NCBI GenBank assembly: GCA_964016885.1
Contig: OZ024760.1
Span: forward strand, 13,206,001 to 13,270,000
Direction: 5' to 3'
Length of the DNA: 64,000 bases
From: Eledone cirrhosa
Lineage: Eukaryota
The notes under the pieces were generated by a model. The model worked only from the letters and a program-made list of their open reading frames with translations. It was not told where the DNA came from and did no database searches. Within the stretch, counting starts at the first letter, position 1; every line of letters starts with the position of its first letter. The position numbers and the translations under genes were made by a program. Of this stretch, positions 45,785 to 59,126 are shown piece after piece.

Positions 45785-46079
45785 ATATTAATAAATGGAA
45801 ACCGTGGAAAACAACCTTGACGGTGGAAAATTCGCTGGATATTTATTTTCCACAGTTATGTCACTATTTATAAAACAAATTTTGTATTTTATCTGATGAA
45901 AGTGCACCAAGACTGCCTTGGTTGACCTTGAAATATATATAATAAAATAATTATGGTTTTATAAATATAGTTTCCATCTATTAATATATTGAATATTTAC
46001 TCCAGTAAACTGTTGAGTGCTCTATATCAGTTATAAACTTTTAAGTTTGTTGGAATCCCAACAAATTAAATATAACTTC

Positions 46080-46084
<5 letters not shown>
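45785..46084 (+). mobile_element. PLE-type fragment with hammerhead (45886-45948) in GTPBP1 intron 6
   Basis: ATTTTAT-CTGATGA(45893)-stem II-GAAA(45930)-TATATA-TA-ATAAAAT; short inverted 5' piece; tail homologous to 34841-34929. Confidence 0.78.
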
Positions 46085-46129
<45 letters not shown>

Positions 46130-46441
46130 TCTATGTGCATGTATGTATATATATATATAGATGTCTATGTATGTATATATATAGATGTCTGTATATATAT
46201 ATATATATAAATGACTATGTGTGTATGCATATATATAGATGTCTGTATGTATGTATATATATATATAAATGTCTATGTATATATATATATATATATAGAT
46301 ATCTCTAAAATATATATATATATAGATGTCTCTAAAATTAACCCTAACCCTAAAACTAACTGTAACCCTAACCCTAACCCTAACCCCAAACCTAACTCTG
46401 ACCCTAATCTGGGGAAAACAAAAGGTCTTATTGATATTTAC

Positions 46442-46680
46442 CTCTCAGATGTGAAGTTGGTGGCGGTGCAGACAACATTGTCCTTGTTCTGAACTTGGAC
46501 AGGAATCTTCCGGCAACCGGAAGATTTCAGCATACGCTGTAAGAGCTTCATTGTGTCCTGCATAACATTGGCCGGACACATATCTATCTTGGTGACCACG
46601 ACAAACACGGGAACGTTGAGCGCCAGGGCTAGACGTAGATGTTCTTTGGTCATCCCCACCACCCCAGCATTGGCACCAAT
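46442..46680 (-). CDS. GTPBP1: GTPBP1 coding exon 6 (G4 TKID)
   Basis: [36 protein letters not shown]...NFTSER; AG/GT boundaries. Confidence 0.96.
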
Positions 46681-46762
46681 CTGTGGAGACAGTAAAGAAT
46701 GGTGGGTGGTTGGTGTGTACACTGACACAGGTTTTATTTCTGCACTTCATACACAGATTCTA

Positions 46763-47335
<573 letters not shown>

Positions 47336-47445
47336 TCAACCACAATCACTACCACTAACACCAACAACAACACCACTAAAACAACCAACAATAACAAGAA
47401 CAAGAGCCTTGAAAGAAAAGGTAATAGAAGGGTGACATACGCTAC

Positions 47446-47692
47446 CTTTGAGGACTGTTCACAGATCTTGATCCAATCTAGGTTACCATGCTCTGGCTTA
47501 TTGACAACATTGCCAGCTACATCAAAGCCTAGAATATCATTTCCGACACTGCTTGTTCGGCCGGACACCATCTCGTGTTTGTGTCGGAACAGCTTCTGCC
47601 GTGCAATTCCACGCCCGTTGTCAAGTTCTCCGTGGGTGAGCACCCCCAGGAGAGTACTTTTGCCAGCGTCTACGTTCCCGACCACGGCAACT
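47446..47692 (-). CDS. GTPBP1: GTPBP1 coding exon 4 (P-loop GNVDAGKST)
   Basis: [28 protein letters not shown]...[14 protein letters not shown], the diagnostic GTPBP1 G1/G2 region. Confidence 0.97.
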
Positions 47693-48391
47693 CTGTAAAG
47701 AAGCAAGAAAGAAAACAACGAAAGACGTTGGTGAGGAATTGGAACTGAACAAATGTATTTTTTTTCTACTTTAACCATTTAGCATTTAAACTGGTTGTAT
47801 CCGGCCAGCTTTCACCTCTTTCTGTTCAAACTGGCCGCTCATACTGATATTAAGGTATTGTTCTCAAAATAAATAATATCAAAATCTCATAGATTCAATA
47901 TTATATGAGATAATTATGTAAGATAAAGCCTTTACCATAAAAATATAATAGTAAATATAGATTAATGTAAATGGTAAAGGCTTAAACTGACTGTATTCGA
48001 CTAGAATTCCCTCACCTCTTTCTCTTCAAACCGGTGTAACTAGCCATTCAAACTGCTCAAAATAAAATATTATCAAAATCTCATAGATTCAATATTATGT
48101 GAAAATATAATAGTATATATAGAGTAATTTAAATGCTAACGGGCTAATCTCTTTTCGATAATAAACAGTTTTTCACTATAACACCAGGATGCCTCTGTAT
48201 GCTTCTCTCTATTTTTTTCTGACTGTGTTCTTTCGCCATCTCCTCTATGAATTTCAGCAATTTGAGATCAGCTTTCAACACTTCTGCCTAGGTTTCCTTG
48301 GTCTACTTCTACAGTGACATCCTTCCACAGGGTTCTCCTGACACTTACATATAACAGATATATATAAAATATAATATAAATATTTATTTAC

Positions 48392-48572
48392 CTTATTTCC
48401 ATAAAGTCCTGTTGGGCCACTTTCTTTCGCAATAGAAACTCGGACACTTTTCCTTTTTCTGCTTGCTTCACACGAAGGCAGACACATTCTAACTCCAGTG
48501 ACTCAGCAATACTCTGTAATGTCGCCACTGAGGCTTGAAGGTCTTCATCTTTTAATCCAGGTTTATCACCTT
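48392..48572 (-). CDS. GTPBP1: GTPBP1 coding exon 3 (EGDKPGLKDEDL...QQDFMEIR)
   Basis: AG/GT boundaries with compatible phases; DF-E-R motif precedes the G domain. Confidence 0.92.
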
Positions 48573-48617
48573 CTGCAAAAGTATTGTCATTATAATTATA
48601 GGTGTATTAGCAGAATC

Positions 48618-48870
48618 GACTGGGGTGTAGGGTCTGTCACTCCCTACCACAGCTGAGATATACCTCCTAGACTGGGGTGTAGATTCTGTCACTCACAGCT
48701 GTGCTATATCACCTAGACTGGGGTGTAGTCTGCCACTCAGTTGTGATATACCTCCTAGACTGGGGTGTAGAGTCTACCTCTCCGTACCACAGCTGAGATA
48801 TACCACCTAGACTGGGGTGTAGATTCTGTCACTCCCAGCTGAGATATACCACCTTGACTGGGGTGTAGGG
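48618..48870. repeat. About 55-bp tandem repeat in GTPBP1 intron 2
   Basis: GACTGGGGTGTAG...CAGCTGAGATATACC units. Confidence 0.8.
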
Positions 48871-49007
48871 TCTGCCAATGAGAGCCAAAATAAAGAACAC
48901 TGCAAGGCATTCTATCTGCCAATCTCATGACGCCACCAATTTGTCTATAAGCCCCTCCCCTCAATATTTTCTGGACTTGTGCCAATATAAAGAAATAAAA
49001 TACTTAC

Positions 49008-49116
49008 CACCAACCCCTATCACATAGATGTTTTCACCTTGACCCTCTTCAACACGGGCCTTAATTATCTCAGCAAGAGAATCATATTCCTCACTGGTCG
49101 GACTAACAAGAGCCAT
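49008..49116 (-). CDS. GTPBP1: GTPBP1 coding exon 2 (MALVSPTSEEYDSLAEIIKARVEEGQGENIYVIGVG)
   Basis: AG/GT boundaries; matches the GTPBP1 VSPTSE-YDSL...EG-GE-IYVIG motif. Confidence 0.93.
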
Positions 49117-49192
49117 CTGTAAGAAGAGATAGATCACAAGAGGAGAGAATCAATAGGAGAGGTGAAAAAGTACTCTCAGGTTTTGAATAATC

Positions 49193-49239
<47 letters not shown>

Positions 49240-49741
49240 ATTGGTGTGGGATGCTTAAAGCGTCCGTAAGCGGTAGGCCGTTAGAGCACTCGATGCTCTT
49301 ACAGAGCAGAGTATGATATCACATAAGAAACGGAGAATCAGTGTTGCGACGAATAAAATTTATTAGACATATTACAATCGTTTCTCTGGTGACCAGCTCG
49401 AGGCACGATCGATGTGATGATCGAACCTGACTCTGAAATCGCAAGATCTTGAGATACGTCTCGATTCTATGAAACAGAGTTTCCAAAATGGTATATCTAT
49501 ATATCTATATATATCTATCTGGCCAGAATTCTCTCACATCTTTCTATTCAAACCGGCTGTAACCGGCTGCTCATACTGATGTTAAGGTATTGTTCTCAAG
49601 ATAAATAACATCAAAATCTCGTAGATTGAATATTTGAGATAATTATGTGAAGTAAAGTGTTTACTGTGAAAATATAATAGTATATATAGAGTAATGTAAA
49701 TGATAAAGGGTTAAAGAATAAAAGACATGAGTGATATTTAC

Positions 49742-49855
49742 CTTTGAGGTCAATGCCGACATCTCAGTGTCCAAATCATCTGGTGCAAAAAGGTTAGTTC
49801 CATTAGCCATTTCATCCGATGGCGTTGTCTGCAGTGATTCCACTGCAGTAGCCAT
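49742..49855 (-). CDS. GTPBP1: GTP-binding protein 1, coding exon 1 (MATAVES...ALTSK)
   Basis: ATG at 49855; AAG|GTAAAT donor; LTSK joins in frame to MALVSPTSEEYDSL, matching the GTPBP1 N-terminal region. Confidence 0.8.
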
Positions 49856-50220
49856 TTTGTCTCTTTTTCTGCTTCGTCTTCTTCTTACTGTTGTTGTTGT
49901 TAGGGTTGCTTATACTGCTACTTGAATTACTATCACTGCTGCTGTAGTTGTTGTTGCTACATATGTTATTGTTGTTGCTGCTGTTGTTGTTACATATGTT
50001 ATTGTTGTTGCTGCTGTTGTTGTATACGTTATTGCTGTTGTAAAACAAATTCTAACTGAATGACCTCTGCTCACATCGGGGTCCTAGTAGAAATGGCGAG
50101 GGTTTACAGGAAATGCCGTGGACCCTAGAAATTGCTCTCTTCTCCTCAACAATCAGAGAGCCCGATTATATCTATGTGATTGTGTGTGTGAAATGTGAAT
50201 ATATGTATGTATGACACATG

Positions 50221-50272
<52 letters not shown>

Positions 50273-51350
50273 AGAGAGGTAGATTGAGAAGTTAAGGTTG
50301 TTAACCTCCTTTCTGCCAGGGGTTTGTGCAGGTATGTGAAGTAGATATTCAGTTCTAAGAATTGAGCCCCAGGTCACCAACTCAAGAAGATGATAGAGTT
50401 TTTACCCTCTCCTATAAGAGCCTTTCTCTCTATTCTTCTATAATTAAAAAAATAATAACAATTATAATAATTAAAACTATATTTATATTTTTTTGTGTGT
50501 TTCCTATATTAGTTTATTTGCTGTATTTTTAGATAGTTTTTTGTTAGTTTTTCTTTTTTTTCATATATATACAATATATCAATTCATATCTTGTATATAT
50601 ATACAGTATATAATTTCATATTTTATATATATATACAATATATAAATTCATATTTTTCATATATATAATATATGAAAATTCATATTTTTTATGTTTTTTT
50701 TATATATATAATATATACAAGTTCATATTTTTAATTAATATATATAATATATAATAAGTTGTTATATATATAATATATAATAAGTTGTTATATATATAAT
50801 ATATAATAAGTTGTTGATCGTTATGAAACTTTCACCGGGTGTTCCTGCAAAAAAAGAGAATGAAGAGAGGAAAATATAAAATTAAGTTTCTTAATTATTA
50901 TTATTATTATATGGGGTCAATAAAAGAAAGTACCAGTAATGCACTGGGGTTGATTTAATTGACTTTGTCCACCCCCAAATTTCTGGCCTTGTGCCTAAAG
51001 TAGAAATGATCATTATTACATCATTATTATTACTATGGATTGGCAGTATCGGTAGAGGGTCGGACGCCATGTTAGGGCGGTGGATTGGCAGTATCGGTAG
51101 AGGGTCGAACGCCATGCTTTCCAGCATAGTTACGTCCCTTTACGAGCTGAGTTCAAATCCCGCCGAGGTTAACTTTGCCTTTCATCCTTACGGGGTCGAT
51201 AAAATAAAGTACCAGTAATGCACTGGGTAATTGCTGGCCTTGTGCCTAACGTAGAAACAATTATTATTATTACTATATAGGAGAGTTGATTGGCAGTAAA
51301 CGGTAGAGCTTCGTGACATAGTGTTACGGCCCTTTACGTTCTGAGTTCAA

Positions 51351-51913
51351 GGTGGTGTTAGTGGTGTTAGTGGTGTTGATGGTGGTAGTTGTGCTGGTGG
51401 TAGTAGTGTTGGTGGTGTGGTGGTGGTGTTAGTGGTGGTAGTTGTGCTGGTGGTAGTAGTGTTGGTGGTGTGGTGGTGGTGTTGATGGTGGTAGTTGTGC
51501 TGGTGGTAGTAGTGTTGGTGGTGTGGTGGTGGTGTTAGTGGTGGTAGTTGTGCTGGTGGTAGTAGTGTTGGTGGTGTGGTGGTGGTGTTAGTGGTGGTAG
51601 TTGTGCTGGTGGTAGTAGTGTTGGTGGTGTGGTGGTGGTGTTAGTGGTGGTAGTTGTGCTGGTGGTAGTAGTGTTGGTGGTGTGGTGGTGGTGTTAGTGG
51701 TGGTAGTTGTGCTGGTGGTAGTAGTGTTGGTGGTGTGGTGGTGGTGTTAGTGGTGGTAGTTGTGCTGGTGGTAGTAGTGTTGGTGGTGTGTTAGTGGTGT
51801 TGGTGGTGGTAGTTGTGCTGGTGGTAGTAGTGTTAGTGATAGTGGTGTTAGTGGTGCTAGTGGTGGTAGTTGTGTTGGTGGTAGTAGTGGTAGTAGTGTT
51901 TATGGTGGTGGTG
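51351..51913. repeat. 53-bp G/T-rich minisatellite
   Basis: Unit GGTGGTAGTTGTGCTGGTGGTAGTAGTGTTGGTGGTGTGGTGGTGGTGTTAGT. Confidence 0.9.
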
Positions 51914-52211
51914 TTATCCCACAACAGTCACCACACCTGTGACACAAACATAGAACACAATTAGGTGGTGGTGGAGTGACCCAGATATTGTAGTACTGCT
52001 ACCTGAGGTGACAGTGAGAGGAGGAGGAGGAAGGCTACTAGAAGTGACAGTGAGGGGGGAGGAGGAAGGCTACCTGAGGTGACAGTGAGAGGGAGGAGGG
52101 AAGGGTGGGTGGGTGGGTGGTGAATTGGCAATAAACTGCAGGTACAAATCAACAATGTTGAAGTACCTGCCACTGTCGTTTGTTTGTATCAACCAAATAG
52201 TGCATCTACCC

Positions 52212-52306
<95 letters not shown>

Positions 52307-52918
52307 TATGTGTGTGTATAATAAAAATATATATATATAAACCTGTAGAGCAAACATTTATTATTAGTATAGATTAAAGTTTAAGCAAAGAATTTCTGCT
52401 TTCACTCTAAGTGGGATCATCTGATACTCAGATAACATATACAGGGTGTCCCCCAAAGATGTATACACACAGGCTGAGCATTCTAATAGATATTATCTGT
52501 ACAAGTAACAAAAGTGTGTATATATTTTGGGGGGACACTGTGTCATCATTCATCATCATTTCATTTTACGTCCGCTTTTTCCCTGCTTGCAAGGGTGGGA
52601 CGGGAACTGATTCTGGCTTGATTTCTACAGCTGGATGCCCTTCCTAACACCAACCGCATTTACAGTGAGTGCTGGGTGCTTTTTTGCCGTGGCACCTCCA
52701 CGACCACTTTACAGTGGAATGATATGAACCTCAGTCCCTATCATCTCATTTCTACAGCTGAGTAAACTGGAGCAATGTGAAATAAAGTGTCTTGCTCAAG
52801 GAAACAACACATCACCCGGTCTGAGAATTGAACTCACAACCTTTTGACTGCAAGGCCAATGCTCTAACCACTAAGCCATGTGCCTCCATGTGTGTGTATA
52901 TATATACAAAAAACACAC

Positions 52919-53723
52919 AGTCCACGCTGTAATGTGGCCGTGTAGGCAACACGGTAAAAACCTCCCAGCCCCACACTGTAAATGTGGTTGGTGTTAGGAA
53001 GGCCATCCAGCTGTAGAAAACCCGCCAGACAGTCCACGCTGTAATGTGGCCGTGTAGGCAACACGGTAAAAACCTCCTAGCCCCACACTGTAAATGTGGT
53101 TGGTGTTAGGAAGGGCATCCAGCTGTAGAAAACCCGCCAGACAGTCCACGCTGTAATGTGGCCGTGTAGGCAACACGGTAAAAACCTCCCAGCCCCACAC
53201 TGTAAATGTGGTTGGTGTTAGGAAGGGCATCCAGCCGTAGAAAACCCGCCAGACAGTCCTATGCGAGCAAGACAATCACTCTTGCCTCAAGTGGGAAAAC
53301 CCCCGTCCAAACCCATGCAAGCGTGGAACACGGACGTTAAACGTTGATGATGATGATGATGATGATGATGATATATATATATATATATGCTCCCATATTT
53401 ATATCATCATCATCATCATCGTTCAACGTCCATCTTCCACGCTAGCATGGGTTTAGACGGGAATTGTCCCACTTGAAGCAAGATTGGTTGTCTCGCTCGT
53501 ATAGGACTGTCTGGCGGGTTTTCTACGGCTGGATGCCCTTCCTAACACCGACCACGTTTACAGTGTGGACTGGGAGGTTTTTACCGTGTTGCCTACATGG
53601 CCACATTACAGCGTGGACTGTCTGGCGGGTTTTCTACGGCTGGATGCCCTTCCTAACACCGACCACGTTTACAGTGTGGACTGGGAGGTTTTTACCGTGT
53701 TGCCTACACGGCCACATTACAGC
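52919..53723. repeat. Tail-to-tail inverted pair of SINE-related elements with internal about 112-bp tandem units
   Basis: Three units on + (52919-53350) and two on - (53405-53723); related copy at 41591-41785. Confidence 0.85.
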
Positions 53724-53929
53724 AGGGAATATATATAGACATATACTCTACTATAACATAAACACACACACAGACACATGAACACACACACACACACTAT
53801 GACATATAAGTTTACAACAATGAAAAATATCAATAAATAATAATTCTATAAAGAAGGCCTACCATGTGTGTGATATCAAATATATTATAGTTATAATATC
53901 ATAGTTATGACATCGTCATAACAGTGTAA

Positions 53930-54168
53930 TATAGGATAGCAGTAGTGAAACTGGAAGTTGTTGCTGTTATATATATGTAGGATAGCAATAGTGAAACTGG
54001 AAGTTGTTGCTGTTATATATATGTAGGATAGCAGTAGTGAAACTGGAAGTTGTTGTTGTTATATATATATATATATATGTAGGATAACAGTAGTGAAACT
54101 GGAAATTGTTGCTGTTATATATATATATATATGTAGGATAGCAGTAGTGAAACTGGAAGTTGTTGCTG

Positions 54169-54213
<45 letters not shown>

Positions 54214-54301
54214 GGATAGCAATAGTGAAACTGGAAGTTGTTGCTGTTATATATATATATAAATATGTAGGATAGCAGAAGTGAAACTGGAAGTTGTTGC
54301 T
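53930..54301. repeat. Minisatellite with variable (TA)n spacer
   Basis: GTAGGATAGCAGTAGTGAAACTGGAAGTTGTTGCTGT(TA)n, about 7 copies. Confidence 0.88.
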
Positions 54302-54664
54302 TGGTGTTGTATCTGGAGTTTCTATGACTGACTTGTAGTGTTTGTCTTACAATTATGGAAATGTGGAATTGGGTGTGGTGGAATCATGTGCAGTCTGATG
54401 AAATAGTGTCCAATGTGATGAAATGGGTGGTATGGTGGTGGTAGAGATGGTAGAGTGATGAAATAGAGCATGCTGATGAAATAGGTGAAATGGTGGTGAA
54501 GTGGATGGTATGGTAGTGAAACAGAGCATACTGTGATGAAATAGATGGTATGGTGGTGAAATAGAGCATGCTGTGATGCAATAGATGGTATAGTGGTGGA
54601 ATGGATGGTGTGGTGGTGGCATGGATGGTGGTGATGATGAAATAGAACATGCTGTTATGAAACA

Positions 54665-55100
54665 GGTGGTATGGTGGTAGAGATGGTATGGTGGTAGAGA
54701 TGGTATGGTGGTGGTAGAGATGGTATGGTGGTGGTAGAGATGGTATGGTGGTAGAGATGGTATGGTGATGGTAGAGATGGTATGGTGGTAGAGATGGTAT
54801 GGTGGTAGAGATGGTATGGTGGTGGTAGAGATGGTATGGTGGTAGAGATGGTATGGTGGTGGTAGAGATGGTATGGTGGTGGTAGAGATGGTATGGTGGT
54901 AGAAATGGTATGGTGGTGGTAGAGATGGTATGGTGGTAGAGATGGTATGGTGGTGGTAGAGATGGTATGGTGGTGGTAGAGATGGTATGGTGGTAGAGAT
55001 GGTATGGTGGTGGTAGAGATGGTATGGTGGTGGTAGAGATGGTATGGTGGTGGTATGCATGGTATGGTGGTGGTAGAGATGGTATGGTAGTGGTATACAT
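54665..55100. repeat. 17/20-bp minisatellite
   Basis: GGTATGGTGG(TGG)TAGAGAT repeats. Confidence 0.9.
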
Positions 55101-56506
55101 GGTAGGGTAAAGACACCCTTCAGTCACGAATGACCATGGGATTTGCACAAGTCCGGGCAAGGTGTGTTTGTAGAAGACCAGTAGTCACCCATGTATACCA
55201 GTCTCCCCTCTCTTCACACCACCAATGTTGGCCAAGATACTTAAGTTTCGTTGGGTTATATCCTGGTGGTCAACAGGTTGGTGAGTCTCAGTGATAGGGA
55301 CTTTATACAGGTCAGCTAGCCGAGAGATGTGTCTCTGGATGAAGTCTCCGACATTACTGAAAGCCACAGAGATACAGTGTACCTATTCTAAAACCTAGGT
55401 CACAGGTTCTTTCCAACACCAATCTCAACACCACAAACACAACACCAAACCACACCACACCTCACTACCGTATATCACACCCCACCACAACCCAATACAC
55501 CACCCTATCAGATAGCACACCACACCAGCACTCTAAACAATCACACCTCAAAACAATAACCACCACCACCTCACTATAAGCAATAGCTGCTCTGTCCACA
55601 CCCCCACCACACTACACCACCACCACACTACACTTCCATACACTACACCACACCATAGATCCTAATTGTACCATTAACTGATTAATTATCTTGTTAATTG
55701 AAATCTGATGAAATATCTATTATATTAAATTTGTTCTGCTTTTCTCTCTCTCTTATTTTCTTTCTTTCTCTCTCTCTTTATTTCTCCTTCTATCTATCTC
55801 TCATTATCTCTCTTTCGGTGGATTGGCAGTATCGGTAGAGGGTCGGACGCCATGCTTTCCAGCATAGTTACGTCCCTTTACGATCTGATTTCAAATCCCG
55901 CCAAGGTTGACTTTGCCTTTCATCCTTACGGGGTCGATAGAATAAAGTACCAGTAATGCACTGAGTAATTGCTGGTCTTGTGACAAAAGTAGAAACAATT
56001 ATCACTCTTTCTCTCTCCCTCACACACTTTCCACCCCTACCTGTCCATTCAGCCATGGAGCAGGCATTGATCAAACAGACTTATGATCAATGGACATTCC
56101 ATTCGTGACCATCATGTCTTATTCCAAAGCAAAGTGTTCCCAAGACTACATTATCCAGTTTGTTCTTATTTTCTAAGACAACACAATGTGATTTGTAATC
56201 CCGGAACAGTACTGATAAAATATATAATTATAGGGACTCCTCTAGTGGAGTAATAGGGGCTTAACCCCCAGAACAATGGTGATCATGTTTTGTAACTGTA
56301 TTCCTGTGAACATGATCAGTAACAATACTTATCAGGAAAGCTTTAGATGGTTGCTCTGCTAACTAAGCTAAACTATGCACCTTCACACATACAAACATTT
56401 AATCATGAATATCCGAGAGAATGAAGACGAAGAGTGGAGAGTGAAGGAGGATAAAGAAATACTGTCGTTCATAAATATAAAGATTTAGTTTAATGTGGGG
56501 TTAAAT

Positions 56507-56840
56507 TAAGGGTTAACTGTGGGTGACAGGGTAGGCAGCTGTGGCAGGGAACAGTGCAATGGTGAGGGTTAACTGTGGGTGACAGGGTAGGCAGCTGTGG
56601 CAGAGGAACAGTGCAATGGTGAGAGTTAACTGTGGGTGACGGGGTAAGCAGCAGTGGCATGGGAACAGTGCAATGGTGAGGGTTAACTGTGGGTGAAAAG
56701 GTGGCAGGGGAACAGTGCAATGGTGAGGGTTAACTGTGGGTGATGGGGTAGGCAGTTGTGGCAGGGGTACAGTGCAATTGTGAGGGTTAACTGTGGGTGA
56801 CGGGGTAGGCAGCTGTGACAGGGGAACAGTGGTGAGGGTT
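56507..56840. repeat. About 57-bp minisatellite
   Basis: GGGTTAACTGTGGGTGAC...GGAACAGTGCAATGGTGA, about 6 copies. Confidence 0.88.
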
Positions 56841-58036
56841 TGGCTCTGTAATTAGCATTCCAATCAGTAAAAAATAAATAAAAAAATTAAAAAAGTCAAA
56901 TAATTAATTAATGACTAATTAATACAGCAAAAATGTTAGGGATAATAAAGTAATGAGGGTTACATTTATAAGAGTGGCGTGCATATGTGCATATATATGT
57001 GTGTGTGTGTATGTGGGGGGGTTGTATGTAAATAGATGTTGATGTATATAAATGTGTGCGTGTTTATATATAGATTTGTGTGTGTGTTTATATTGTCACT
57101 TAGCAGTTCAACAAATGGAGATTGATGAAATCAAAACCAGGGAGCCAGTATTGGTGGATTGGCAGTATCGGTAGAGGGTCGGACGCCATGCTTTGCAGCA
57201 AAGAGTTACGGCCCTTTACATTCTGAGTTCAAATCCCGCCGAGGTTAACTTTGCCTTTCATCCTTACGGGGTCGATAAAATAAAGTACCAGTAATACACT
57301 GGAATAATTGCTGGCCTTGTGCCAAAAGTAGAAACAGTTATTATAAAATAAATATGATGGGTTGGCGGGGGTGGGGGTCTCTGTATGTAAACTAAACGAC
57401 TAATTCTGTTTTTTTTTAAATAATCAAGAGGGACAACGTAGAAAAATTACCGATGCCCCTTCCCAACATATCAGCACGTAATTTTGAAGGAGATTTCGAC
57501 ATGGTGTGACAACGAGACTGACCCTCTAAATCACAACCCACCTGGCAGGTTTTCAATTACACCATGGTAAACAATGATACACACTAGGCTCGGACGGGAC
57601 ACCTTATAATTCGGACTTAGTGCGTCCACACACACATACATATATATATATACACACACACATACATATATATACACACATACACAATGCATTGGTACAA
57701 ATAGTCACGTACACGTTGAACATACATATATATGTGTGTGTGTGTCTGTGTATATAGGCACATGCGTGCGTATACAGATAGAGAGATGTACAACTTTTTG
57801 TCACTTGAAGGAACGCATAGACGCGACAGACTCCCAATAGCGACATTCATCATATATATATAAATATATATATATTCTTTCCTTCGAATGAAACAGTTCT
57901 AGTCCTGTAGAAGCCATTTGTATATTAAATTTGTTGTTTACACTATTTTAATGTATTGAGTCCCTTACTTACTGCGGTTATCCCGGATTGAACCTGGGAC
58001 ACACATATATATATATTCATTAACAAGTTTGTGTAC

Positions 58037-58076
<40 letters not shown>

Positions 58077-58114
58077 GGTGACATATATATATATTCATTA
58101 ACAAGTTTGTGTAC

Positions 58115-58172
<58 letters not shown>

Positions 58173-58801
58173 GGTGTCCCCAAAACATGTATACACATTT
58201 CGATTACCTGTACAGGCAATATTTATTAGAATAAAATAATAATAATAATGAAATTTTTGTGTAAAGTGCTCAGGTGCACTACAACTCGTCAAAGGTGTAT
58301 GTATAGTACATAGAATAATAGACAAATGAAGTGAATAGTGTACGAGTCATGGTATACATGAATGTTGTAGTGTATACATTTTGGGGGGACATCCTGTATA
58401 TATATATATGTGTGTGTGTGTGTGTATGTACATCCAATATATATACATATATATATGGGATGTGCATATATACACACAAGGACATCTGTGCAATGTACAC
58501 GCACACATTCATAGATACACGTACATGAAATATACAAATACAAAGACGGTGTAACATAAAATTGTGTCACCACATAAATGTTCACATTGTCTGTGTCGGC
58601 AGCAACTGCAAGCCAATTTTTGCTGACTGTTTATATATACAACACATTATACACAGATGACTATATATACACACAGATGGTTGTTTATATAAACATACAC
58701 AATACACACAGAGATGACTGTTTATATATATCTATATACAATGCAAATACAGATAAGTTTATATATCATATATATATACACACAACACACACACCGATGA
58801 C

Positions 58802-58835
<34 letters not shown>

Positions 58836-58944
58836 ACACACACCGATGACGGTTTATATATATATATATACAGTGCACACAAGATATATATACAATGCAC
58901 AAAAGATATATATATACAATGCACACAAGATATATATATACAAT

Positions 58945-58977
<33 letters not shown>

Positions 58978-59093
58978 CAATATACACACACACACATATA
59001 TATATATATACAATATACACACATATATACAATATACACACACACACACATATATATACAATATATACACACACACATATATATACAATATAT

Positions 59094-59126
<33 letters not shown>

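Noticed and set aside
49240-49492. Possible hammerhead element in GTPBP1 intron 1
   Set aside because: Only the GAAA-CGATTG-TA half is visible on -; no CUGANGA box found.
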